From: Antedon mediterranea
Lineage: Eukaryota; Animalia; Echinodermata
Length of the DNA: 64,000 bases
Assembly (NCBI RefSeq): GCF_964355755.1
Contig: NC_092670.1
Location: forward strand, 7,492,201-7,556,200
Reading direction: 5' to 3'
This document shows, piece after piece, positions 39,401-50,885 of this stretch. The notes under the pieces are model-generated. The model did not search any database. It worked only from the letters and a program-made list of their open reading frames with translations, and was not told the DNA's origin. Position numbers and translations under genes: made by a program. The stretch's first letter is position 1. Each line of letters starts with the position of its first letter.

Positions 39401-42400
39401 TAATTCATTATAAATTATTTCACTGTCACATACAGTAAAGCCCCTTTTACACACAATTTATAGCAATAAGTCTGCCAGGAGGTTAGTGTTCATTTACAAC
39501 CCATAAAAAAAAGGCTTTCATTGAAGCAAACTTAATTCCCCTTTCACACAAGATTTACAGAGATATTAGTGTTAGCCTTTATGATTCTTTCAAGAAAAGG
39601 CTTTATCATCACAGATATGAAGTTGAAGTTTAGCTTTAGTTTAAGTTGTTTTAAAATATGTTTAAATGTGCCGTAGGGCCCCTTGGAAGAGCAGTTTTAT
39701 TTTATTACTGAGAGGGCTACCTACTGAAAGAAAACGAAATAAAAATATAATACAAATCACATTCACTCATCAGTGGAAATACAATATTCATTTATTGTGT
39801 CATTTGCATATAACTGAAATGCTACAAGCGCACGATCCAAGTATAACATAGTTTTTAGTGTAGGAGAAATACATGGCCCTCATCTGCACCTCTCAACATT
39901 GTGTTTCTGGATTTTGGTACACTTTTTAACAACTGATTTTTTCATAGCATGCGTAAATATGTTGCATCAACTCTAGATAGACAGGGTCTGTAGCTAGTCT
40001 TGGATAATTTTAAGCCTAAACTTTTACATTAACATTACGGAAAGCTTTGGTTTTGTGAAATATGTATAACGATAATATTACCATGTACGCCTTTTTTTAT
40101 GCATGGCAAAATTGTGCACATAGATAGCTGACAAGAACCATACTAAAGACTATTTCACATGGTCTTATCTGGAGAACACTATTTATAAATTTAAAGTGTG
40201 CAAACAGCAGCATTAATATACTTACAACAGCTTCTTCTTTCTCATTAATGTTGTTGCCTTGGTGATCCAACACATGAACTGTTCCCCAATGTGTCCCCAT
40301 TGCTAGAAACTAAATAAAAATGTATGAATTCAAACATTGTACAGCAATAGTACACTGAATTAGAAACCAGATGTATAAGAGAAATTATTCAAATCTAAAG
40401 AAAGTGGTCATTTCAAGCGGACAAGAATTTAAAATAAAAATAAAGGAATCAATGAAACCAAACAAGTGTTGGTAATGGAGTCTGCTTTCATATTTGGAAA
40501 TAGCATGTCAAATTTTGTTTAAGCCTTTAAATTTAGAAATAAACAGGTCATCATCAGTAATTTCATTATAATGTATAGTAATATGGTCTCTTATTTTGAT
40601 CTTTTATATTTTTGTAATGCCTTACTATGTAAATATTGTGGTTTTAGGCTTCAGGATGTTACATTATATAATGATTATTGCAATAAAGACCAATTATATA
40701 TTTAAGTGACGAGTCAATCTTGACAAACCTTTGAATGTACAGCCATACAGCTTGCCGCATGTTTTTCTAAAATCTTCTCCAGATCATTTCTGATTCGCTC
40801 ATACTTTAGTTTTGGTTCCTCAGCTTCCTCTTCTTCTTCATCCTCATTGTCGTCATCATCATCTTCTTCTGAATCCTCCTCTTCAGAATCTTCCTCTTCT
40901 GATGAAAGGTATTGTTCCTAAAGTGTACAACAAAATGGTTGTTAGTTAATAAAAGCTTCCCTGGTGAACATTCACTGCTAGAAAAAGCAAGACTTGAGTG
41001 CCATTCTAAAATTGAATTGAATTCCAGGATTTCCATGATAGGACCAGTGTCAGAAACCACATGTCCTAAACATCTCGGCCGCCGACAATCTCGGCCGCCG
41101 ACAATCTCGGCCGCCGGATTAAAAAGCCGAATTGTATGGCACACCACCGATGCTTGTATTGTGAGTAATTAAAATGTAATGCAGCGCATACGCACGTATT
41201 CTACATGTATACAATACTAATTAATAAATTCATTAATTAACTTTTAATTATTGTTTTAATAAATGCTTTTTTTCTAAATTTTTCAGATTAATAAATTAGT
41301 AGTAGTGATATCAATCAATATAAATATATTTTACTATTCGATTTATTTTATATCTAAAGCTGGCTAACTTGAAAAAAATATTATTTGTGATACCCCTAAA
41401 GGTGTCAGATGAAATCGGTCGCGTTTGAAATCGGTCGCGATAAAATCAACATCCGGTATTTTGTATGGAGCACCGCTAGATACGCTTTTTATTATATTAG
41501 TTACGTTTGATATCGGTCGCGTTTTATTTTGGTCGCGCTAATTTGTATATGGCGCATTAGATAAATTTTTAATGAAAACGCTCATTATGTTTTCAGTTAA
41601 TTTTGAATATTATAATTTCTAATAATAGGCCTAATAGTACTATTTGACATTATTTTTAACCTCGATCGTTATTTTTTAAGCACAGTAAATATAAATATTA
41701 TCTCATTATTTATAAATAATTTGTGTTTTCATTTTATCTTACAGGTTTTAATGAAGTGTAATGTGTTCTTTTAGAAAATCGTTTTAAAAATGTTTTGTTT
41801 TTGTTTTATTGAATATTGTGCAAGTTTTTGAAAAGATTGGCATGCCACTGTTTAAAGTTTTGAAAATAATAAATAATAATGTAATAGTTAAACAAGTAGT
41901 ACGGTATTGCCGAATCTTTATATCTCATTTACATACTATCGAATCTTTCTACAGTATTGCATTATATATCTAAGATTACAAAACAACGACAATCAAAGCG
42001 CACACGGCGTTCCATACAGATTACCGTTATTGAACTAGCGGCCGCTTTGGTTGGCGGCCCCTTCGACTGTAATTCCACGTCATCACTATTACACTATCAT
42101 AACAGGCACTTTTGGCGCTCCATACAATATTGCGTTCTGTAACCGGCCGCTGAGGTTGTCGGCGGCCGAGATGGACCCCAAGCCCTGTACTACAGACATC
42201 CTGCTGGATTGGATACCAATACCATCCATCATGCTTCTGCACTAGGCTACTACTACTAGTAACTAGCCTAGGCCTATTCAATATCATGCTCAAAGCTGCT
42301 TGATTGATAATCCTTCCATTCAGATCTCCTAAACCAGGTAGACCTAGCAAACTTCAACTACTATACTATATTCTGGGCCTAGCCTACAGTAACTCTCTAC

Positions 42401-42885
42401 TCTACTAGGCCTCTCTCTAGCCTAGAAGCTGAGTAATGTGTAGTAAGACAAAATGAGCAGTCAGTCAGCCTGGAAAAGTGTGTAATAAACTTTAAAAAAT
42501 GCATTTTCGTCGATAACCAGGCCTATGCCATACTATGCAGTTCGATTTTTACTAGCCTACTAGGCCAAACACAGTCTCGTGACACCAGCTAAAAAGTACA
42601 ACATTTTTCTAGGCCCAACATGTCTCGTGACACCAATTTAACGGAGGGCAGAGGCGCCTGCTCCACCCGCCAAACTCACGAGTGATATTCCATGCAAGTT
42701 AGGCCTAACTTTAATGGCCTTTGTGTAAACAATGATAACATTATCACCATAAAAAATATTCCTATTACATAAGTAATTAAGATAGCATAATGGTAATATA
42801 ATTATCAAAATGCATATGCTTTTAATTTTGCACCAAATTACAATCAATATCTACCGACCTCTTTGGCTTCCGTGTTTTCTGCCAT
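18406..42885 (-). CDS. VPS41: Vacuolar protein sorting-associated protein 41 (HOPS subunit), 24 coding exons, 872 aa
   Basis: All introns are GT-AG and phase-consistent. Exons 5'->3': 42885-42859, 40917-40729, 40309-40226, 39343-39269, 38260-38195, 37635-37570, 35228-35109, 33009-32860, 32457-32385, 32117-32020, 29591-29465, 27161-27046, 24264-24146, 23399-23225, 22921-22746, 22253-22115, 21887-21837, 21667-21475, 20961-20821, 20394-20333, 19951-19777, 19305-19261, 19076-18994, 18474-18406 (TAG); total 2619 nt. Diagnostic peptides: acidic N-terminus then EEPKLKYER, AASCMAVHSKFLAMGTHWG, NQISLD..SCSDDG, HEGEG, SSDALSIRGFQ, SLYAEFDR.KLLPFLR, AIEFAKEQDD.ELW, GLLNNIGTHVDPI, LRDSLVKILQD, and a C-terminal RING-H2 (CDCC..CHHVFHEEC..CMIC). 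Confidence 0.97.
19525..19679. mobile_element. ~155-bp palindromic MITE, copy 1 (Harbinger-like)
   Basis: TIR CTCTGTCTACACTATCAAAC / GTTTGATAGTGTAGACAGAG. Internal repeats of CATATCA(C/T)TACC(A/G)TATTTGGG. Confidence 0.85.
20044..20150 (+). mobile_element. Degenerate tRNA-derived SINE remnant
   Basis: B-box-like GGTTTGAATCC, then TTAGGAAAGACACTTTAC..CCTAGGTGTACAAATGGGTACC, resembling the conserved central domain of CORE/V/Meta-type SINEs. Confidence 0.5.
20995..21207 (-). mobile_element. tRNA-derived SINE
   Basis: Minus strand reads TGGTGGTTACGATGCTTGGCTACCACTCCAAGGGTCCTGTGTTCAAGTCCCG (A/B-box tRNA-like head), followed by a non-tRNA body. Confidence 0.6.
23561..23717. mobile_element. ~155-bp palindromic MITE, copy 2 (opposite orientation)
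   Basis: CTGTCTACACTATCAAA..GTGTGATGTGCCCAAATATGG..ATGGGCACATCACA..TGTAGACAGAG. Confidence 0.8.
23960..24107. mobile_element. ~155-bp palindromic MITE, copy 3
   Basis: GCTGTCTACACTATTAAACT..TTTGTCAAACTAGTTTGATAGTGTAGA, with the same internal repeats as copy 1. Confidence 0.8.
25225..25520 (+). repeat. Interspersed repeat, copy C (diverged relative of 7-510)
   Basis: TAAATCGGACTATGAATAAGCCATTTTGCAGTTT and TGACATTAAAATGGCATA match copy A. Confidence 0.55.
25866..25914. repeat. Near-perfect 23-bp inverted repeat with a 3-nt loop
   Basis: ACTAGTGTGTGTAAAACGTAACA-TTT-TGTTACGTTTTACAAACACTAGT (one mismatch). Confidence 0.85.
26535..26615 (+). mobile_element. SINE 5' head fragment (same family as 58113-58438)
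   Basis: GAGTGAGTGGCCAAGCGGTTAGAACAGTAGAACCGTAAT..GCAAGGGTTTGAGGCTCACT. Confidence 0.65.
29618..29780. mobile_element. Tc1/pogo-like MITE left end
   Basis: TA-CAGTAAACTCTC start with tandem AACTCTCTCAATACCA subterminal repeats. The right end was not found. Confidence 0.45.
30246..30530. repeat. Degenerate ~45-62-bp tandem repeat
   Basis: About six copies of (GTAATGAACA)TTGTGAAAAAA(GAAAGCAGTTTTC). Confidence 0.75.
31627..31786. mobile_element. ~155-bp palindromic MITE, copy 4
   Basis: TGTCTACACTATCAAAA..CTACCATATTTGGGCATATAACTACCATATTTG..TTTGATAGTGTAGACAG. Confidence 0.8.
33645..33835 (+). mobile_element. tRNA(Asp-like)-derived SINE with 10-bp TSD
   Basis: A box TAGCCGAGTGG, anticodon-like loop CT-GTC-AT, B box GGTTCAATTCC. 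Body GAAAGGAACTGGCCACCCTACC, tail CCTTTACCT. TSD ACATACTGTT at 33635-33644 and 33836-33845. Confidence 0.85.
34271..34620. repeat. Degenerate ~100-bp tandem repeat (3-4 copies)
   Basis: Recurring AAACTGTTTAAATATA(C/T)GAGA.TGTG ... CTGCATTGAAATGAAT ... TGGCACGTA. Confidence 0.65.
35393..35564. mobile_element. Degenerate Tc1/pogo-like MITE
   Basis: TAGTACAACCGCTATTAAGGGACACC ... GGTGTCCACTTAA ... GATAGGTTTTTAACTGT. A related fragment lies at about 20243-20300. Confidence 0.45.
37388..37478 (-). mobile_element. Nin/Deu-domain SINE central fragment
   Basis: AAAGATGTACTAGGTTCTTTAAAGTGCACAC..TGTGTACACTGGA..CGGTTT.TAGTCCTTATCCAAGA matches 58248-58330. Confidence 0.75.
38350..39100. repeat. Purine-rich minisatellite (68-bp unit built from GGAT/GAAT repeats), decaying toward 39100
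   Basis: GATGTATGGAGGCATAAAGAGATGGATGGATGAAAATATGAGTGAATGAAATGA starts at 38451, 38519 and 38587 (period 68). It accounts for the three spurious H/S/I/F/P-rich ORFs. Confidence 0.9.
41061..42185. mobile_element. Nested or truncated foldback-type transposon relics in VPS41 intron 1
   Basis: Outer inverted ends made of the 16-mer CAATCTCGGCCGCCGA (x3 at about 41071-41116; inverted GTTGTCGGCGGCCGAGATG at about 42155-42173). An inner left end GGTGTCAGATGAAATCGGTCGCG at 41401 is identical to the terminus at 4981. No matching TSDs. Confidence 0.75.
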
Positions 42886-43646
42886 GGCTGGTCACTCGCG
42901 CTTTCCTCGCATCGTTCGTCACACACAAAAACAGAGCTGAGTGCAGAGCAGCTATCGTCTGCTAAGCACATAAACTTATGTTAATGTATACTAATATATT
43001 ACAAAATGCTAATGTTCTTCCGCTCAAATTATCTTATGATATTTCATTATCATATCAAAATCGGTATCAAGAAAAATATACATAATAGATGTTTTTTCAT
43101 TCTAACTCTCATATAAAATAAATAAATCTTAATATTACGTGGGATATGTTTAATTTTGATTGACCTATTTTATCTTGGCCCCAGGAGAAATACTATGGAA
43201 CATCAACAGAGTTATCAGCCCCTGGTAATTTAATCTAATTTGAATAAAGAGATCTGGTAGAGATTGGGTTTTTGTTAGAATATCACGAAATATTCGCAAA
43301 GGTTTATTTATTGTGTAAGTAGAAATGTATTATCTTTTTCATATTTTGGCCACATTTACCAGTATTTTTAGATATCGTAAGAGAAATCTTACATTTGTAT
43401 TGGTAGGTTTTGTAATTATCATAATTTATTGAAAGTGGCACGTGCGGTCTATTGTGGTCGTATTTATGAAAAGCAGTAGGCCTGGCTAAGGCTTTGTGCG
43501 ATCGCCTTTCTTCAACCAAGAAGAATTCTGACTTATTATCGAAATCGCCATCTCACAAGTAAATTTCCACGGTGTCTTGGTTACTGTCTTTCTTTTACAT
43601 TTGATCAGATGTTGATAACGTTGTTCTTCATTTTCCTGACGAATTA
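42886..43646. promoter_or_regulatory. Probable bidirectional promoter and 5' UTRs of VPS41 (-) and a plus-strand gene
   Basis: CpG-richer patches at 42870-42960 and 43435-43580. VPS41 ATG in CAGCCATGG context. Plus-strand donor GTAAGT at 43647. CACGTG at 43439. Confidence 0.45.
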
Positions 43647-46600
43647 GTAAGTACGTATACAATTAATTGTTTACTCTCTCTGTTTATTATTATCATAATT
43701 TATAAACACATGTGTATTTATTTTTAATTCCGCATTTGTAATACTATCGCCGTTCGCTTGGTAGCACACTGCGCGGCATCTGTTGTGGCTTCTTCTGACA
43801 GATCCCTATTTAGCTACAGGGGCCTTCCCATCTCATAGACACATCGTTTTGGATTTTAAATTGTTATTTTCATTTATTTATTTATTAGAAAATTTAATAT
43901 AATATTAAAGTAGATGCTTAAATTTATGGATGCTTACAATATGATAAAATTGAGTAGGATTTTTGAATGTGATTTTTGTTCTTTAAGTAGACAAATGTTG
44001 GCTTGTATTGTAAGCTCTCTCTGTGGGGTTTGGCTGTCAAAGCCTCTTTGTTGATAATTGATAGGCCATTTCCTATCCAACTCATTAACATCTGCCGGAC
44101 CTTATTAATTTACTATGTTAATTGGCTGAAATACATTAATAAATGATTTAATCAAATGATTTAATATTAATGTTAACATTTTATATTTTCATTTATGTTA
44201 AAAAATGTCTTATCTCTATAATCATACAAAACTGCAAATTTTATTACATATTATAAATTGTATTGACCTTTATAATATAAATAGCACATTTTTTAGTATT
44301 TTTTTCTCACAAGAAATCACAATTTTTTCAATGATTCAATATTTGTGTGAACTGAGTGGAATATTATATTTCATTTTATTTAATTCATAATTGAATTTAC
44401 TATAAAAAGGAGTAAAGGACAGTGACCAAATATAATTGATTACTATTAATATGATTTAAACTTATACTATACTTCCATATATACAATTACACTTACATTA
44501 GGTAATCAATATAATTTTTTTATTTAAAATTTAATATAAAAAATTAAAAATAATAGATTTTCATAGTTTTATTTATAATTAAGTGTTTGAAGATCTACTG
44601 TATATTCAACAAAGATATACATTTTAACAGGAATTTCCAATATATTTGTGTATAAAAGTTTCATTTTTTTTTCTTTTGGAAAAAATAATGAACAAAGATA
44701 AATTGCACTAAAGAAATGCTTTCTTTTGTATGAACATAACATTTCTCATTTTCAATCTTAATTTTCTGTCCTTGGAAATGTTGCTGTAATTTCAGAAATA
44801 CAAAAAAATACATTTACAGCATTTTGTATTTCAGAATTAATTGGCTTACTTTAAAGCTTAGTATCCAATGTAGATGAAATTATTGGACTTAGTTAAAAAG
44901 AAGCTTACATTTTAGATTAGTTTGAGATTGTAAAGTATTTAGCGAATCCATTTGTTGAACTGTGAGTGTAGTTTGTATAATACAATTTAAAACCTTTGCT
45001 ATTAATCTTTCTTCAGGTTGCTATGTTCAGCTTTTTCTACTTTGCATCTTAAAGAAAACTAATGAATCTGATTTTTGACTCTGATTTTATTTCATGAATA
45101 CAATAATTGAGCAAAAAATAAATCATGATTTCACCAGAACTTGTCTAGCAATGTAATTTGTAAAACAGATTATATATTTTAATTATTTTGTTGATTCTAA
45201 TTTAAATGGCTGATTGTCAATAAATTGATATAATTAGATAAAAAATATATTACCTGTTTAAAAAAAAAATTATAAATATTTTTTTTTAAATACTTCCCCC
45301 TCCCCTAAAATTGATTGCGATGTTGACGCCGAACAAGTACAGTATATTTTTTTGATTTGGCCTTAATTAAGTTTTTATACTTAAAAATACACACTGTTTC
45401 GTCTACCATCCCGAGTTTAAGGGTAATTGAAACGAAAGCATTCGATGATGCGTACAGTAGTGAAAAATAAAGCGAGTGGAGAACTTTGTGATGTCATTAA
45501 GCAACAAAATAGCTATATTGTTTTATTAAGTTAAAACTTGATACTGATGGTTTGAGAAAGATGACTAGAAATGTTCCCCAAAATAAAAATGTACTCGACA
45601 GGTATGGTATTTAAATATGAACCGGAGTACTGTAGATCCAGAATTGTTTTTAATGTGGAAGTTCTGTATAACATTAATATTCTATAACAAAAATTAGTAA
45701 TTTCATTTTAGCTGTCATAAGGGGGAGTGTATACATCTTCTGATTTGCCTCTGATGACATTTTTTTTAAAAATATTCATTGATACTGAATAAAGAAACAC
45801 AAACTCAGTAATTTTACCAATCATGAGTATCAGTTCCTGCAAATGTTTGTGTCATTTGTCAAATTACGTTGTGTCTAACTGTACATTATGTCCTTGTGTT
45901 ACACACTAGGGGGAACTAAGCTCTAGGCTACAGTAATGGTAAAAACAAAATGATTAGCATTGGTCGTGATATTGAATAAGATGAGAAAAAAACGGATGTT
46001 TTCAGACAAATCAAACATCTTTCTACTGAATAATCTGTCTACTGCATTAAAGGAAGCTTTCTTTTGTTTACATGACAAATAAACAGTTAGTAAAGTTTAG
46101 GTTTGTGGTATAGTACTGTACAACATGAATGAACAGTATTCCTACAGTAGTAAACTATTTCTGACCAAATTGAACAAGATAATCATAATTGCTGGATATT
46201 AGTGATTTTAAACTGTTGATATATATCAAACTTACAGTATGATGAAAATATATGAAAAATTATATATTTAATAAATTTATTTTTTGAAATTTCAAAATCT
46301 GACTTTAGATCTTCAAAATATAGAATTAAATCTTTAATTAAACACCAAAATTTTCAAGATAGACTTTGTTGGTGTCATGTCCAGTCTGCATAGAATTGCC
46401 TTTCTCCATAACCTAATCAAAACTTCAAGACATTCTAAATCATACTTTATTTCCTTTTGGGAAAACATGGTCATACTGTACCACAAACCTAACATTACTA
46501 CATATTATTTTATTTTATTACAGTAGTTGATAACTGCATATTGTACTGTGATTCAAATTTTTTTGGGGGATTTATTACTCTACGGTATATACAGTAAGAA

Positions 46601-48270
46601 AGAATCTTCAGTAAAATAAATGAATTAGAATGCAACACATACATCTGTACCTTATCCAATATCTTACTATGTTAACTAGAGGCGACATACTGTTTAGCTT
46701 AAATTACTATGAACTTTATCCTAACATGTACATAATGCATTAACAATTTTAGAAATCAAATATACAGTAAATAAAGAATCAGTCATGAAAATGATATTGT
46801 GATTCTTATCAACTACAGTATAAAGGATTTTTGGTTGAGTAAAAAATGGAAACAGAAAGAAACATGCAGTAAAATGATATACATTTGTAGTAATTGAGAG
46901 GCAGACGTATTGCTAAACTGAACAAATCGCCCAAACCTCCTAAAAACTTTGCTAAAACCTCTTAAAACTTTGCACAAACCTCCTCCAAACCACTTACTGA
47001 TAAGACTAGACTAATGTACAGTACAGTGAAACAATATGAACAACATTTTGAAATTGTTTTTGTGTAAAAATTCATTTTTTTTAGTGCAAAAATTCATCCA
47101 AACCTCCAAAAACCTTAAACAAACCAAAATCCAAGCCACTTAATATCGATTATATGCAGTACTTGACTACTGTAAAGTAGTACTGTACCCATTTCACAAC
47201 AGTATGTAAAAAGTTGTAAAAAGTCTACCAAAGCTACTGTAATATATCTCAGAGTTATTTACAGTACATACAATACTATCTGTCCTCAAACATGCTTTGT
47301 CAACTAAAAAAAAACGGCTAAAATGATGAGTTAGAGAAATCAATCTGTTTATATAAATTGGTCTGTTTCAATTAAAACCACTCTAAAATGTGGGAGTGTC
47401 TTGCTTGATGCGAGACGGTTAGTAACTACTGTATGCAGAAGCAAAGTTTACTTGTTAGACAAATTTATATAATATAAAAATTTGTACAGTATAAGGAACT
47501 GGTTTTTTAGATACATATCACCATATTTTAAATAACTGTTGAAAATTCAATATCAGGAGATTAAAACTGTACGTAAGAAATGGATATTTAGCTAAAAAGC
47601 AAATTGATGATGATTAAAATATGTCCTGTATGCGTAATTTATTAGAAATCTAAAAATGTCTTTTTTTTAAATCAATATTCCCTCTTTGTACAAAACATCG
47701 TTTCAAATACATAAGAATTTAATTCTAAAATAAATAAAAAATCCAACTATCTATTTATTGAACTTTGACAAGTACGTTGATTTATTCAGTGATACATCCT
47801 GTGTACTGCAGTTAGTACATAAAAAATTGACTTTGATTTGACAGTAATTTGTCTGTCGATTGAACTTTGACCTACCCACAGTACTCTTTAGGCAACATGA
47901 AGAAAACTCAGATACAATCATCTAGAATACAAAAATAAAGTCGAATGGGTGAATATAGAATTTACTGTAAACACTACTATATACTGTAGGCCAAAAAATG
48001 TGAAAGTATTGTAAATTTCAGAGGAGGGAGTTTTTTTTTTCTTAACGTCCTATACAGTATTTTAATACAGGTAGGCCATCGACTTGATTTAAATTCTACT
48101 TTTTTACTGTAAACATAAACACATTTTCAACTTTAAGAAAACCATTTATAATGCAATAGTAATACAATTGTTCCTCCACACAACATATTTAACAGAATGA
48201 ATTTCCAACATTAAAAAATGGATATAATGTTTTAAATAATTAGCAATAAAGTTAGTTTAAATCGAGTCAA

Positions 48271-48640
48271 AAATTGATAACAACACAAAGAGCGATGGAA
48301 AGAAAAATGGTAAATCTATCAACACGAGACAGAGTAAAGCATAGTGAGATACGGAAAAGAACAAAAGTCAAAGACATCATGGTAAAGATCAAAGAAATGA
48401 AATGGAGATGGGCAGGACACATAGCCAGAAGAGACGACAACAGATTGACGAAGAGATTGAATGAATGGCAGCCGAGGACAGGGAGAAGAAGAAGAGGACG
48501 GCAAAAAAGAAGATGGCGTGACGACATAACAGCATACATGGAAACAGCAACATGGGAAAGATCGGCAAGGAACAGAACTAAATGGAAACAGTTGGAGGAG
48601 GCCTTCACACAGCAGTGGGTGAAATAGGCTATGAGATGAG
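48271..48640 (+). mobile_element. 5'-truncated RTE-clade LINE (C-terminus of the RT ORF)
   Basis: ORF TQRAMERKM..KWRWAGHIARR..W.PR.GRR.RGRQKRRW.DDI..W..LEEAF.QQW is typical of the RTE C-terminus. Short (ATGAG)2 tail. Perfect 12-bp TSD AAATCGAGTCAA at 48259-48270 and 48641-48652. Confidence 0.92.
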
Positions 48641-49089
48641 AAATCGAGTCAAGACTGTACCCAATCTTTGGCTACCGATTCTATTTCCATTTACAATATA
48701 CAGTACCTTGTTATATTAAAGATGGTGATAGACTTTCGGTTGTAGGATTTACTCAACAGTTTTAAAGATAATCAATGCCAATTCTGATTTACATTTTATA
48801 AAGTATAGATTGTTCAGTATAGTTCCTTGGGCAAGTTTGACTTCTAATGTCTGTACAGTTGTAAGGTTTGAATTTAAATTTTATTGCTGATATCAAATCA
48901 ATAATATTTGTTGGTACTTCTGTATGCATACTGTATTTCATCTCCTAAGACAGGCTACTGAAAGAGAAAAAAACTGAAAAAAAAACTGGATCTTTAACGG
49001 ATGTTTACATTGTTCATGCTCTTCTCTTTTCCAAAGTTTAGCTTGTGACTGCGTTAAAATAAAGAAAAAAACATCTGAAATATCCCCAA

Positions 49090-49212
49090 CAGAGCCATAC
49101 TGTAGCCATCAGTACGGTTGGTACTGTACCATGGTTTCAACCTGACCACATTTTTCCCTCTTTTTTTGGCGAAAAACTGCACCAATTTCATTCTTGTGGC
49201 TATACGGCACTG
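49090..49212. mobile_element. Degenerate hAT-type MITE (family shared with 55690-55810 and 60226-60362)
   Basis: Ends CAGAGCC..GTAGCCA / TGGCTA..CGGCACTG, with internal GGTTTCAACCTGACCAC. Confidence 0.55.
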
Positions 49213-49292
49213 CCCAATGGGGATCTCTTGACGGAATGTTACATTATGAAAACCTATACAGTACGAGTTAAAATTAACTTGTGTCTCTGTAG

Positions 49293-50885
49293 CAGGGGTG
49301 GCGCCAGAATCTTCCCGACGCGGGGGCTACATTCCCCGACGAGGGGGCTATCACTAGGCTGGGGGCCGCCAAGGGCCCCCGGTGGGGGTCCAGGGGGCGA
49401 AGCCCCCGGAAGCAACGCGTTCTAGCGTCATTTGAGGTCATTTTAATCAGATTTAGGGTAGCCATTTTTTCCATTTTTTATAATGCATAAATAAAATACT
49501 GCGTGCAAAAAAACGATGCGCGATGACTGTTTCAATCCATATTTTTCAATTTAAAAAATAAAAGTTCAAAGAAAATTTAGAGAAATATAGTTGGAGGTCC
49601 CGGAAGTTGGACTTATTATACTTCAAAACATGAAACAAAATATATAAGTCCCTATCTAGGTTGTGACTGAGCTAAGAAATGTTTGAAAAATAGAGATGTT
49701 AGGTCCCGGAAAATGGACTTCTTGTACTTCGAAATATGACCAGCTTTATTGTTGGGGCTGAGCTAAAAAACTGTTTAAAACTAGAGCTGCAGGTCTTCAA
49801 AAAATTGCATTTTATACTTCGGAAACATCAGGCCTAGAGGCTTAAAAAACGCAAGCGTAGACCTTTTTCAGTCGGTGAAATAAGTTTATTCCTCCCAAGT
49901 GTATGCGTGCGTACCATCTGGACTTCCGAGTGGTGAGAAATTCATGACATACAGGACATTGAAAATTTAATAACTTAGCTATAATAAGATGTTGGCTAAG
50001 CGAAAATGGCATGTTTTTTTGTTTAGTAATGGATGAAAAATTTATTTTAGGTGCCCCACGGTACAGAAGGTTAGGCCTACTTGTAAATTAAAAAAATTGG
50101 TGAACATACGAACAATTAACGTAATTCGTTTTTGCTGTAGTGTAGCGTACGTCGACGCAGTACACGACGTAACCGTCCGTAAACTTCGCCTGGAAAATAA
50201 CTACAGTACACATTTTGGTCCCTGGATGGAACATGATATCGCGCGTCTCGACCCAACGTTGAACGATTCGTACAAAGGGATACCACCAGACAAGTGCGAA
50301 CCTAGCTATTGTTTAGTAGTAAGTTAGATCGCTGGCAATAATGAATGCATATAAAGTGCATAATATCACTCTGACGTACTCTCACGGTCAATGAAACGTC
50401 GCGGTTTTCTAGGCGCTGAATCTAGCTACGGAGTGAACGCGAACGCTTTTTACTGTATATTATATTCCCCGACAAAAAGTACCCTTGTTCCCTTCGGTAA
50501 CCGTCGGTAAACTTCGCCTGGAAAATAACTACATTACACATTTTGGTCCCTGGATGGAACTTGATATCACGCGTCTCGACCCTACGTTGATCGATTCGTA
50601 CAAAGGGATACCGCCAGACAAGTGCGTACCTAGCTAATGTTTAGTAAGTTAGATCGCTGGCAATAAATGAATGCATAAAAGTGCATAATAGCTCTCTGAC
50701 GTACTCTCACGGTTAATGGAACGTCGTGGTTTTCTAGGCGCTGAAGCTATATGAAGTGAACGCGAACGTTTTTTACTGTATATTATATTCCCCGACAAAA
50801 TGTACCCGTGTTCCCCGACAGGGGGGCTAGGCTCCCCGACGAGGGGGCTAGAGCCCCCGTAGCCCCCCCGCTGGCGCCACCACTG
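49293..50885. mobile_element. Non-autonomous hAT DNA transposon, 1.6 kb
   Basis: TIR CAGGGGTGGCGCCAG / CTGGCGCCACCACTG. Perfect 8-bp TSD CTCTGTAG at 49285-49292 and 50886-50893. Subterminal CCCGAC..GGGGGCTA repeats. Internal ~328-bp tandem duplication (starts 50169 and 50497) and about three ~100-bp repeats at 49585-49830. Confidence 0.92.

Noticed and set aside
40806-41172. ORFs 40806-41147 (-) and 40912-41172 (+)
   Set aside because: Off-frame or antisense readings of VPS41 exon 2 plus transposon repeats.
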